Assembly: GCA_945638575.1 (NCBI GenBank)
Contig: CALZDP010000004.1
Coordinates: 8,485 to 72,484 of the forward strand
Source of the DNA: an uncultured Clostridia bacterium
GTDB lineage: Bacteria; Bacillota; Clostridia; Christensenellales; Borkfalkiaceae
DNA: 64,000 bases
Direction: 5' to 3'
Under the pieces are notes generated by a model. The model was not told the origin of the DNA and made no database searches. It saw only the letters and a program-made list of their open reading frames with translations. Within the stretch, counting starts at the first letter, position 1; each line of letters begins with the position of its first letter. The translations under genes and the position numbers were made by a program. This document shows, piece after piece, positions 56,681 through 64,000 of this stretch.

Positions 56681-58015
56681 ATGGAAAATTTTGAAATTCT
56701 TTGGAAAAACACGATGAGAGAACTCGAAAAGAATATTTCGAGAATCACCTATTCCACTTATATCGAAAAATTAAAGCCCGTGGACCTTTTGGGAACCACT
56801 TTGATTTTACATACGGACACCCAACTTTTTGCAAAACAGGCGTCAAGGCTTTCGGACAAAATTATCGAAGCCATGAAAGCGGCTAACACGGGACTTACCG
56901 ACTTTCAAATTTACGTTGGAAGCGACAACGACCCCATGTTTTCTTCGGGAAAGGAAGCGGAAACCATTTCCTCCCCCATCGACCCGAGATACACTTTTAA
57001 CTCTTTTGTGGTAGGGAATTCCAACCGCTATCTTTACGCCGCCGCTAAAGCGGTTGCGGACGATCCCGGCAACAGTTATAATCCTTTGTTTATTTACGGC
57101 AATTCCGGACTCGGTAAAACCCACATAATGCACGCTATCGCAAATAAACTGTCAAAAGACAGGCCCGACTTAAACGTACTGTATTCCACTTGCGAAAAGT
57201 TTACCAACGACCTTATAAACAGCATACGAAGCGGTAAAGCCTATCAGGGCGCAGGCGGAGAACAGTTTAGAACAAAATACAGAAACGTCGACGTTTTGAT
57301 TATCGACGACGTACAGTTTCTTGCCAAAAAACAGTCCACGCAGGAGGAGTTTTTTCACACTTTTAACGAACTTTACGGCAAAAACAAGCAGATTATACTT
57401 TCCGCCGACTGTCCGCCAAAGGACATCGAACTTTTGGAAGAAAGACTTGTTACACGCTTTCAATGCGGACTTTTGGCGCAAGTGCTTCCGCCCGATATAG
57501 AAACAAAAATTGCCATTGTTCAGAAAAAGGGCGCGGAAAAAAAGTGCATGATAAATAACGAAGTGGCAAACTTCATTGCCGAAAACAGCGGCGACGACGT
57601 AAGGTCTTTGGAAGGGCTTTTAAACAAGGTGATTTTTGCGGCAAGTTTAATGGAAACGGATATAAACTTAAACCTTGCCATGGAAGCGCTTTCCCTTTCT
57701 TCAAACAGCGACAGCCACGAGGACGCCGTTACCGCAACGGTGATTATAAACACCGTTTGCAACTTCTATAAGATTTCTAAAAACGACCTTTTGGGAAAGA
57801 AGAAAAACAAGGAACTTGTAGAACCCCGACAGATTTGCACCTATCTTATGACGGAACTGTTGGATCTTCCCCTTGTATCAATAGGTCAAGCAATGGGCGG
57901 AAAGGACCATACCACCATAATTTACACCCGTGATAAGATTGCAGGTCTTATAAAAACCAATCCGCGAGTGGCAACCGAAGTAAGCGACCTTAAAAATCTT
58001 ATTCTTAAAAAATAA
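56681..58015 (+). CDS. dnaA: Chromosomal replication initiator protein DnaA
   Basis: 444 aa, AAA+ Walker A GNSGLGKTH, Walker B LIIDDVQF, and domain IV PRQICTYLMTELLDLPLVSIGQAMGGKDHTTIIYTRDKI. Confidence 0.97.
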   Translation: MENFEILWKNTMRELEKNISRITYSTYIEKLKPVDLLGTTLILHTDTQLFAKQASRLSDKIIEAMKAANTGLTDFQIYVGSDNDPMFSSGKEAETISSPIDPRYTFNSFVVGNSNRYLYAAAKAVADDPGNSYNPLFIYGNSGLGKTHIMHAIANKLSKDRPDLNVLYSTCEKFTNDLINSIRSGKAYQGAGGEQFRTKYRNVDVLIIDDVQFLAKKQSTQEEFFHTFNELYGKNKQIILSADCPPKDIELLEERLVTRFQCGLLAQVLPPDIETKIAIVQKKGAEKKCMINNEVANFIAENSGDDVRSLEGLLNKVIFAASLMETDINLNLAMEALSLSSNSDSHEDAVTATVIINTVCNFYKISKNDLLGKKKNKELVEPRQICTYLMTELLDLPLVSIGQAMGGKDHTTIIYTRDKIAGLIKTNPRVATEVSDLKNLILKK

Positions 58016-58033
58016 CTAATCTAAACGCTCGAA

Positions 58034-59890
58034 ATGGAAACTATCTTTGTTGAAGACAACTTTGATGCGGTAGTAGTCGGCGCGGGACACGCAGGCGTGG
58101 AAGCGGCTCTTGCCCTTGCAAAAAAGGGACATAAAACCGCCCTTTTGACGCTCAACCCCGACAATATCGCTTTTATGGCGTGCAACCCTTCTATCGGCGG
58201 AACGGCAAAAGGGCATCTTGTACGCGAAATAGACGCACTTGGCGGATTTATGGGCATTGCTGCGGACAAAACCATGATGCAGATAAAAATGCTTAACCGC
58301 GGTAAAGGCGCGGCGGTACAAAGTTTGCGCGCTCAGTCGGACAAAAACTATTATCACCGCTACGTTAAAAGCGTGTTGGAAAACACCGATAACTTACGCA
58401 TACTTTCCTGCGAAGCCGTGGAAGTCTTAACCGAAAACGGAAAAGTTACAGGGGTAAAAACGGCTTTCGGAAGTGTTTTATACGCGAAAGCAGTCGTGCT
58501 TTGCACAGGCGTATACCTAAAGTCACGCGTGGTTGCAGGCGAATGGTTTAAAAACGCAGGGCCGTCCGGCTTTGAGCCGAGCAACAACCTTACCGCAAAT
58601 TTAATAGATTTGGGATTTAACGTTCGCCGTTTTAAAACCGGTACGCCGGCAAGGGTGGACGGAAGAACCGTGGACTATTCAAAAATGGAAGTGCAGGAAG
58701 GCGAAACCAACGTTTACCCGTTTTCCTTTTTATCACCGCAAGTGCCCGAAAAGCAAACACCTTGCTATTTGACTTACACCAACGAAACCACCCATAAAAT
58801 CATAAGGGACAACCTTGAGAGGTCGCCCCTGTTTAACGGCATGATTCAGTCCACGGGACCGAGATATTGCCCGTCGATAGAAACCAAAGTTTACCGCTTT
58901 AAGGACAAAACCCGTCATCAGATTTTTATCGAACCCGAAGGCGCGGATACCAATGAAGTTTACGTTCAAGGAATGTCGTCATCGCTTCCGCACGACGTGC
59001 AAAAAGCCATGTATAGGTCGGTTAAAGGCTTAGAACATTGCGAAATAGTGCGCTATGCTTACGCCATAGAATACGACTGTATCGACAGCCTTGACCTTAC
59101 TTTGTCGCTTATGTTCAAAAAGGTAAAGGGGCTTTTTACGGCAGGGCAGATTAACGGAACCAGCGGTTACGAAGAAGCCGCCGCCCAAGGTCTTATGGCA
59201 GGCATTAACGCCGCTTTATACCTTGAAGGAAAACCGCCTTTTATTTTACGGCGAGACGAGGCTTACATCGGCGTTTTAATCGACGACTTAGTAACCAAAG
59301 GCACCGACGAACCGTACAGAATGATGACTTCTCGCGCAGAATACCGCATTTTTTTACGGCAGGATAACGCCGACGAACGCCTTACCGAACTTGGCAGACA
59401 GGTTGGCTTGGTAGACGATTACCGCTACCGCGTTTTTATGGACAAAAACAAGGCTTTGGCGGAAGCAAAAAAGGAGTTTACCCTTTCACGCTCGCCTAAA
59501 GAGGTTAAAGAGTTTGTTGAAAGTTACGGCGGAGAATTATCCGGCGGAATTTCTTACGAAGGAATGGTTAAGCGCGGTATTCCGTTAGAAGATATAGTAA
59601 ATCGTTTCGGCGCATTTAAAGGGCTTTCTTACGACCTTTTGGAAAGGCTTGAAACTGACGCTAAATATTCCGGATATCTTGAAAGAGGTCTTGTGGAAAT
59701 CGAACGCGCAAAACGGTTGGAAGCAAAAAAACTTCCGGAAGATATCGACTATGATAAACTTGACGGATTACGCCTTGAAGCAAGAGAAAAATTGCAAAAA
59801 ATTCGCCCGTTAAACCTTGGACAAGCGGCAAGGATTTCCGGCGTAAACCCTGCGGATATTGCCGTACTTATGGTTTATCTTAACAAATAA
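58034..59890 (+). CDS. mnmG: tRNA uridine 5-carboxymethylaminomethyl modification enzyme MnmG (GidA)
   Basis: 618 aa, VVGAGHAGVEAA FAD motif, GTTAKGHLVREIDALGG and GQINGTSGYEEAAAQG motifs. Confidence 0.97.
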   Translation: METIFVEDNFDAVVVGAGHAGVEAALALAKKGHKTALLTLNPDNIAFMACNPSIGGTAKGHLVREIDALGGFMGIAADKTMMQIKMLNRGKGAAVQSLRAQSDKNYYHRYVKSVLENTDNLRILSCEAVEVLTENGKVTGVKTAFGSVLYAKAVVLCTGVYLKSRVVAGEWFKNAGPSGFEPSNNLTANLIDLGFNVRRFKTGTPARVDGRTVDYSKMEVQEGETNVYPFSFLSPQVPEKQTPCYLTYTNETTHKIIRDNLERSPLFNGMIQSTGPRYCPSIETKVYRFKDKTRHQIFIEPEGADTNEVYVQGMSSSLPHDVQKAMYRSVKGLEHCEIVRYAYAIEYDCIDSLDLTLSLMFKKVKGLFTAGQINGTSGYEEAAAQGLMAGINAALYLEGKPPFILRRDEAYIGVLIDDLVTKGTDEPYRMMTSRAEYRIFLRQDNADERLTELGRQVGLVDDYRYRVFMDKNKALAEAKKEFTLSRSPKEVKEFVESYGGELSGGISYEGMVKRGIPLEDIVNRFGAFKGLSYDLLERLETDAKYSGYLERGLVEIERAKRLEAKKLPEDIDYDKLDGLRLEAREKLQKIRPLNLGQAARISGVNPADIAVLMVYLNK

Positions 59891-59897
59891 AACATCA

Positions 59898-59921
59898 AAA
59901 AGTCGGCCTATAAGCCGATTA
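59898..59921 (+). repeat. 24-nt motif copy (AAAAGTCGGCCTATAAGCCGATTA), 7 nt after the mnmG stop
   Basis: Read directly. Confidence 0.85.
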
Positions 59922-59965
59922 TCGCTACATTTTTTAATTACAACTTTGTTTAAGACGGAGAAAAC

Positions 59966-60661
59966 ATGCAACCTGTTATCGGCATAGTTACAAAATATTT
60001 TAATCAAGACACTTATTACGGTTGGAGTTGGATGCGCATAAGCAACAACTTAAGATACGCGCTTATTAAAAACGGCGCAAGCGTTTTAGGGATACTTCCG
60101 CAATCTGAAAAACTTTGCTTTCAGGAAATGGACGAACACGACGAAACCGTTATGGACGAAAATGAAAAAAAGAATTTCGTCAGGTTTTTATCAATGTGCG
60201 ACGGCATTATTTTGCAAGGCGGAATAAATTCCTGCTACTATGAAGAATTTACCGCACAGTATTGCTATGAAAAGGATATTCCCCTTTTGGGCATTTGCGC
60301 CGGTTATAACACCATTATACGGGCGCTTGGCGGAAAGACCAGAAAACTTGAAAACTTAGATCACGAAAAACCCTTTGAAAAATACGTACACGGTTTGACC
60401 GTTACCGACGAAAATTCTCTGTTTTATTCCATAGTTAAAGAAAAGGAATTTATGGTTAACAGTATTCACCAGTACGTAGGCGATGTAATTCCGCCCTGTT
60501 TAAAGGTTGTTGCGAACTCCTCCGACGGACAGGTGGAAGTTGTTGAAGCGCCCGAAAAAAAGTTCTATATGGGCATTAAATACCACCCCGAACTTTTATG
60601 CGACTGCGATAAAAAACAAAACGACATTTTCACCGCTTTTATAAAAGCCTGCAAACACTGA
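59966..60661 (+). CDS. Class I glutamine amidotransferase / peptidase C26 family (gamma-glutamyl-GABA hydrolase-like)
   Basis: Nucleophile elbow LLGICAGYN and an HPE motif (IKYHPE); 231 aa. Confidence 0.8.
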   Translation: MQPVIGIVTKYFNQDTYYGWSWMRISNNLRYALIKNGASVLGILPQSEKLCFQEMDEHDETVMDENEKKNFVRFLSMCDGIILQGGINSCYYEEFTAQYCYEKDIPLLGICAGYNTIIRALGGKTRKLENLDHEKPFEKYVHGLTVTDENSLFYSIVKEKEFMVNSIHQYVGDVIPPCLKVVANSSDGQVEVVEAPEKKFYMGIKYHPELLCDCDKKQNDIFTAFIKACKH

Positions 60662-60670
60662 TACATACTG

Positions 60671-60699
60671 AAAAAGCGCTTCTTTTTGAAGCGCTTTTA
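60671..60699 (+). terminator. Rho-independent terminator after the C26 gene
   Basis: AAGCGCTTC-TTTT-TGAAGCGCTT followed by TTAT. Confidence 0.75.
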
Positions 60700-60715
60700 T
60701 AAAACTATCTTAAAC

Positions 60716-60757
60716 AAAACAGCCTGCTATGTCCGTAATCGAGCAGGCTGTATTTTT
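60716..60757. terminator. Second, bidirectional terminator hairpin between convergent genes
   Basis: CAGCCTGCT-(13 nt)-AGCAGGCTG flanked by AAAA and TATTTTT. Confidence 0.75.
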
Positions 60758-60780
60758 AATAACGGCAATATTCGGAAAAT

Positions 60781-61119
60781 CTAACGGCGCAATAAAACAC
60801 CCTTCATATACTGTGTGTTATGCGCTTTATATATTGCCGACTTTTCTTCTTCACTGCAACCGATCAGTATCTTAATTTCGGAATCCTTTTTCATTAAATC
60901 CACGGTACAAATAATAGCGTCTATTTGTTTACCGCTACCCACCCACACGTCTATTCCTCCGCCGTCCATCGAGGCTGTGTTTTTTAAATAACCGTAATCG
61001 ACGGGATATATAAAATCCGAAAATTTCGGGTGCGCAGTGCCCTTTGGTCTGTCGATTATTATCTCGGAATTCAACACTAATTCATCTAACGCTTCCCAAA
61101 ATTCTTTATTGCTTTGCAT
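60781..61119 (-). CDS. Small inorganic-pyrophosphatase-like protein
   Basis: 112 aa; the IIIDRPKGTAHPKF..YPVDYGYL..T.S.DGGGIDVWVG pattern resembles short proteins usually annotated as inorganic pyrophosphatase. This assignment is from memory only. Confidence 0.5.
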   Translation of the reverse strand: MQSNKEFWEALDELVLNSEIIIDRPKGTAHPKFSDFIYPVDYGYLKNTASMDGGGIDVWVGSGKQIDAIICTVDLMKKDSEIKILIGCSEEEKSAIYKAHNTQYMKGVLLRR

Positions 61120-61316
61120 TTTAAAATCTCCGTCAAATTATTTCATTGCAACTTCGCCGAGCAAACATTTATTCAAAATAATAAGTTTGGTTTTTATTGT
61201 TCTGTATAATAGCGTTTTTTGGTATAACGCAAGTTGGAAACTCTTCGCTTTTTATTATACCTTTCCATATGATTTTCGGCATTTTTCACCCAATATTTCT
61301 ATAATTAGGTTTTTTA

Positions 61317-61790
61317 TTAAAACAAAATATGACTCTTTTTACAATAGTCAATTACTTCGTTGAACAAAACAGGCGTTGTTTTCGGATAAGTTAAGTTTGT
61401 AGGCAACTTATCAAAAACGGCAATCTCTTTCATCTCGAAACTTGGTAAAGTTGACAAGGCGTGCGCTATTGCAACAAAAACCATTCCGTTTGAATGACGT
61501 TCGCTATTGTAGCCGTAATAATCGCAAACGGGATAAATATCGGCCTCTTTTATTCCGCTTTCTTCAAACAGTTCTCTTTTAGCGGTTTCGAGCGGCGACT
61601 CTTTTTCTTCGATATGTCCGCCTTGCGTTTCCCGCGTGCTGCGAATTTTATGTTTGCTTAAAACAAATTTTCCTTGATAAAAAGTGCAAACAACAACATA
61701 TTTATATGTTTTTAAACTATTTAGCGGATAAACGATACATTGCAATTCTTTTCGTATATCTTCCCTTTCTTTATCATCATAAGTATTCAT
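61317..61790 (-). CDS. NUDIX hydrolase
   Basis: Nudix box GGHIEEKESPLETAKRELFEESGI (GX5EX7REUXEEXGU). Confidence 0.85.
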   Translation of the reverse strand: MNTYDDKEREDIRKELQCIVYPLNSLKTYKYVVVCTFYQGKFVLSKHKIRSTRETQGGHIEEKESPLETAKRELFEESGIKEADIYPVCDYYGYNSERHSNGMVFVAIAHALSTLPSFEMKEIAVFDKLPTNLTYPKTTPVLFNEVIDYCKKSHILF

Positions 61791-61840
61791 ATTTAAAACC
61801 CGATAAATTACTGCTAAACTTATTATATCAAAACCAAGTC

Positions 61841-61877
61841 AAAAAGGCAAGGATTGAATTTACCTTGCCTTTATTTG
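61841..61877 (-). terminator. Rho-independent terminator after psuG
   Basis: Minus strand AAAGGCAAGG-(11 nt)-CCTTGCCTTTTT. It lies downstream of the 24-nt motif copy that overlaps the psuG stop. Confidence 0.75.
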
Positions 61878-61909
61878 TTACAACGTAATATAAAACGGCA
61901 ATTTTTTAA

Positions 61910-61933
61910 AAAAGTCCGCCTATAAGCCCGTTA
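61910..61933 (+). repeat. 24-nt motif copy (AAAAGTCCGCCTATAAGCCCGTTA); its TTA is the psuG stop codon
   Basis: Read directly; identical to the copy at 34827. Confidence 0.95.
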
Positions 61934-62851
61934 TTTAGATATTTTATTTAAAGCGCAAGCGGTTTCGGCGGCAAGGCGCGCGTTGTTTAATACAAGTTTT
62001 ATATTAGCGGAAAGACTGTTTCCGCCGGTGATATCGGTTACTTCTTTAAGTAAAAACGGCGTAGTCATTTTGCCGGCAATACCTAATTCTTTAGCCTTTT
62101 TTAAGGCTTTTTCTATGGCGGAATTTATATAATCTTCGTCCATGGAATATTCTTCCGGAATAGGATTGGTTACAAGCATACCGCCTTTTAAGTTTAGTTT
62201 ATCCCTGACGTTGATTATCTCGGCAAGTTCTTGGGGGGTGGAAACCGAATAGTCCACCTTAAAGCCGCTTTTACGGGTATAAAAGGCAGGGAGTTCATTC
62301 GTATTATAACCGATTACCGGCACGCCTTTCGTTTCAAGATACTCAAGCGTAAGCCCTAAATCCAAAATGGATTTTGCGCCTGCGCACACTACGGTTACAG
62401 GGGTGGAAGCAAGTTCTTCAAGGTCGGCGGAAATGTCCATAGTGGTTTCGGCACCGCGGTGAACGCCCCCTATGCCGCCGGTTGCAAAAATCTTTATTCC
62501 TGCCATGTTGGCTATCATCATTGTGGTGGTAACGGTAGTCGCGCCGTCGAGTTTTTTTGCGATAATAGGCGCTATATCACGGCGTGAGGCTTTTGTGATA
62601 GCCGTCCCCTTTTTGCCGAAGTAATCTATTTCTTCCTTGGTTAAGCCCACTTTAAGTCTTCCGCCGATTATGGCGATGGTTGCAGGTACGGCGCCGAACT
62701 TTTTCACGGTTTCTTCTACAAGTAAAGCGGTTTCCACGTTTTGCGGATAAGGCATTCCGTGGGAAATTATAGTAGATTCGAGTGCAACCACGGGAAGCCC
62801 TTTTTGTAATGCGTCCGCTACTTTATCAGATATATCGAGATATTGATTCAT
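61931..62851 (-). CDS. psuG: Pseudouridine-5'-phosphate glycosidase
   Basis: 306 aa; ALESTIISHGMPYPQN, TGGIGGVHRG and VVCAGAKSILD motifs characteristic of PsuG/IndA. Confidence 0.9.
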   Translation of the reverse strand: MNQYLDISDKVADALQKGLPVVALESTIISHGMPYPQNVETALLVEETVKKFGAVPATIAIIGGRLKVGLTKEEIDYFGKKGTAITKASRRDIAPIIAKKLDGATTVTTTMMIANMAGIKIFATGGIGGVHRGAETTMDISADLEELASTPVTVVCAGAKSILDLGLTLEYLETKGVPVIGYNTNELPAFYTRKSGFKVDYSVSTPQELAEIINVRDKLNLKGGMLVTNPIPEEYSMDEDYINSAIEKALKKAKELGIAGKMTTPFLLKEVTDITGGNSLSANIKLVLNNARLAAETACALNKISK

Positions 62852-62966
62852 AAAATCTTTCTCCTTGTTTTGTTACCTAAAAATTATAACCCAAAATTGA
62901 CTTTTCGGTCAACGTTTTTTTAAATAAATCGACTTTTTACCCAAATTTAATTTCAGACCGACTTGT

Positions 62967-63016
62967 AAAATAAACATATGCACCGCCGAAAGCGTAAAGA
63001 CTTTCGGGGTGCATAT
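62967..63016 (-). terminator. Rho-independent terminator after the MsmX-like ATPase gene
   Basis: Minus strand ATATGCACCCCGAAAG...CTTTCGGCGGTGCATAT followed by GTTTATTTT. Confidence 0.75.
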
Positions 63017-63044
63017 CGTTTATATCTTACTTGTCGTAAAAATT

Positions 63045-64000
63045 TTATACAAGACGGATATCCATATTTGCCTGAATAATGGCAATTTTATCGATATCGG
63101 GTACCAGATGTACTTCGCCTGCGTCAATGCCCTCCTCTGCCTTAACGTAAATGGTAGAGTTGCCTACGGCGCAACGAAGGAATTTTTCTTTACCGTAATC
63201 GCATATACCGAGCACTTTCGCCGGAATTCCTTGATCGGCAAAACGCAAATCGTAAGGCGAACATTCATAACGATACTTCATCTCGAATGCTTTATGTACG
63301 CCGAGTGCCGAGAATAATTTTTGTGCGAGTTCGTCGGGAGCAACAAATTCCGTTCCTGCGATATCGAACATAAATTTTATAACTTTCTTGCGGACGCCGA
63401 GTTCTTCTTCAACCGTCTTAACCTTCTTAAAGTTACCGTCGAAAGAAACAGTGAGCGGCATGGGGGTAACTACTTCTTTACCCTGTTGCAAAATAGTAAT
63501 CTTCTTCATGTCGATAGCAAGTTTCAACTGTTTTTCCTGCGGTTCTTCGTCGGAAACGGCATAAATACGTCTTCCGCAAACTTCCATGGCAATAACCTTT
63601 TTGCCGTTTACGTCCTCGACGCCTAAAAGGGTTGCGTCGATTTCGCCGTCAAAGGAAATCGCGTCGGTAGGAATCAAAAGTTCACCCTTGCCGTCCGCAC
63701 AGGAAATTGCAGAAGGCATCTTAATTTTTGTGCCGATAAATTCGATTTCGCCGTTTTTAACTTCGCAATCGAAATAATTGTATTCCGGTATACGGGGCAA
63801 AATGGAAACTTCGGTTTCTTCATCGAACAAGTGAATTTTGTTAAGGTTGAGCGCAGCGTCCAAAACGTCGCCCGATTTATATTCAACCTCTCCTGTCGCC
63901 TTAATGATTACCCTTGTAGAACTTTCGGCATAGCCGTCGCCTTCCATGTTGATGTCGCCGTAAATTAAAGTTTCGCTGCCGAGTTCTTCGGTATGTGAAA
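63045..64000 (-). CDS. Sugar-type ABC transporter ATP-binding protein (MsmX/MalK-like), 3' part only, with a long C-terminal extension
   Basis: The frame stays open upstream of the track's Met (63947) to the window end: ...HTEELGSETLIYGDINMEGDG...LNLNKIHLFDEETEVSI is the usual MalK/MsmX regulatory-domain ending. About 255 further residues follow it. Confidence 0.75.
   Translation of the reverse strand, partial: SHTEELGSETLIYGDINMEGDGYAESSTRVIIKATGEVEYKSGDVLDAALNLNKIHLFDEETEVSILPRIPEYNYFDCEVKNGEIEFIGTKIKMPSAISCADGKGELLIPTDAISFDGEIDATLLGVEDVNGKKVIAMEVCGRRIYAVSDEEPQEKQLKLAIDMKKITILQQGKEVVTPMPLTVSFDGNFKKVKTVEEELGVRKKVIKFMFDIAGTEFVAPDELAQKLFSALGVHKAFEMKYRYECSPYDLRFADQGIPAKVLGICDYGKEKFLRCAVGNSTIYVKAEEGIDAGEVHLVPDIDKIAIIQANMDIRLV

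Noticed and set aside
58016-58357. 113-aa and 84-aa minus-strand ORFs overlapping the 5' end of mnmG
   Set aside because: They are antisense to the highly conserved FAD-binding N-terminus of MnmG. They are R/A-rich shadow frames.
9746-61933. The 24-nt motif as a hairpin terminator or classical palindromic REP
   Set aside because: Only a subset of copies can form even a 4-bp stem (GGGC-TTATA-GCCC). The variable triplet does not co-vary with the 3' part. Canonical terminators are present separately, e.g. 61841-61877 after the copy at 61910.
1-64000. CRISPR arrays, tRNA/rRNA genes, transposases, integrases, prophage or defence-system genes
   Set aside because: None is recognisable. There are no regularly spaced direct repeats, no tRNA-like T-arm consensus that I could spot, and all large ORFs have housekeeping, transport or surface-protein assignments.

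Overview
64 kb chromosomal segment of a low-GC Gram-positive-type bacterium (Bacillota, probably Clostridia-like; taxonomic assignment is inference). It is densely packed with about 55 mostly housekeeping or transport genes. I saw no transposase, integrase, phage, CRISPR, tRNA or rRNA genes.

Gene content, left to right:
- an oppABCDF-type peptide ABC transporter whose components all look strongly enlarged
- Mrp/NBP35, LOG and SufC-SufB/D genes
- PlsC and a lipid kinase
- an ECF sigma/anti-sigma pair
- a CPBP protease and PepF
- a three-gene glycerol-3-phosphate-dehydrogenase-like flavoprotein cluster plus a HAD hydrolase
- a DUF2752/TM2 pair, MalQ, and M18 and M42 peptidases
- two MATE pumps, a yybP-ykoY (Mn2+) riboswitch with mntP, a CaCA exchanger and an NCS2 permease
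- a complete nine-gene Enterococcus-type V-ATPase operon (G-like, I, K, E, C, F, A, B, D) with a Na+-binding signature in the K subunit
- a CNNM/CorC protein
- a 1643-aa MBG-repeat surface protein
- tcdA, recF, then divergently dnaA-mnmG, a C26 amidotransferase, a NUDIX hydrolase, psuG and a partial MsmX-like ATPase.

The most unusual signal is not a gene. It is an asymmetric ~24-nt motif (AAAAGT-NNN-GCCTATAAGCCCGTTA) with 20 good copies in both orientations. 12 of these lie in intergenic space, often overlapping stop codons. 1 forms the last codons of a MATE gene. 7 are embedded in coding sequence, and they use all three stop-free reading frames.

A second unexplained feature is a structured AT-rich repeat built on TTAAGAATTAAGAAT. 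It occurs downstream of mntP and as a 258-bp intercistronic insert inside the V-ATPase operon.

Coordinates I derived by hand are good to about +/-2 nt.
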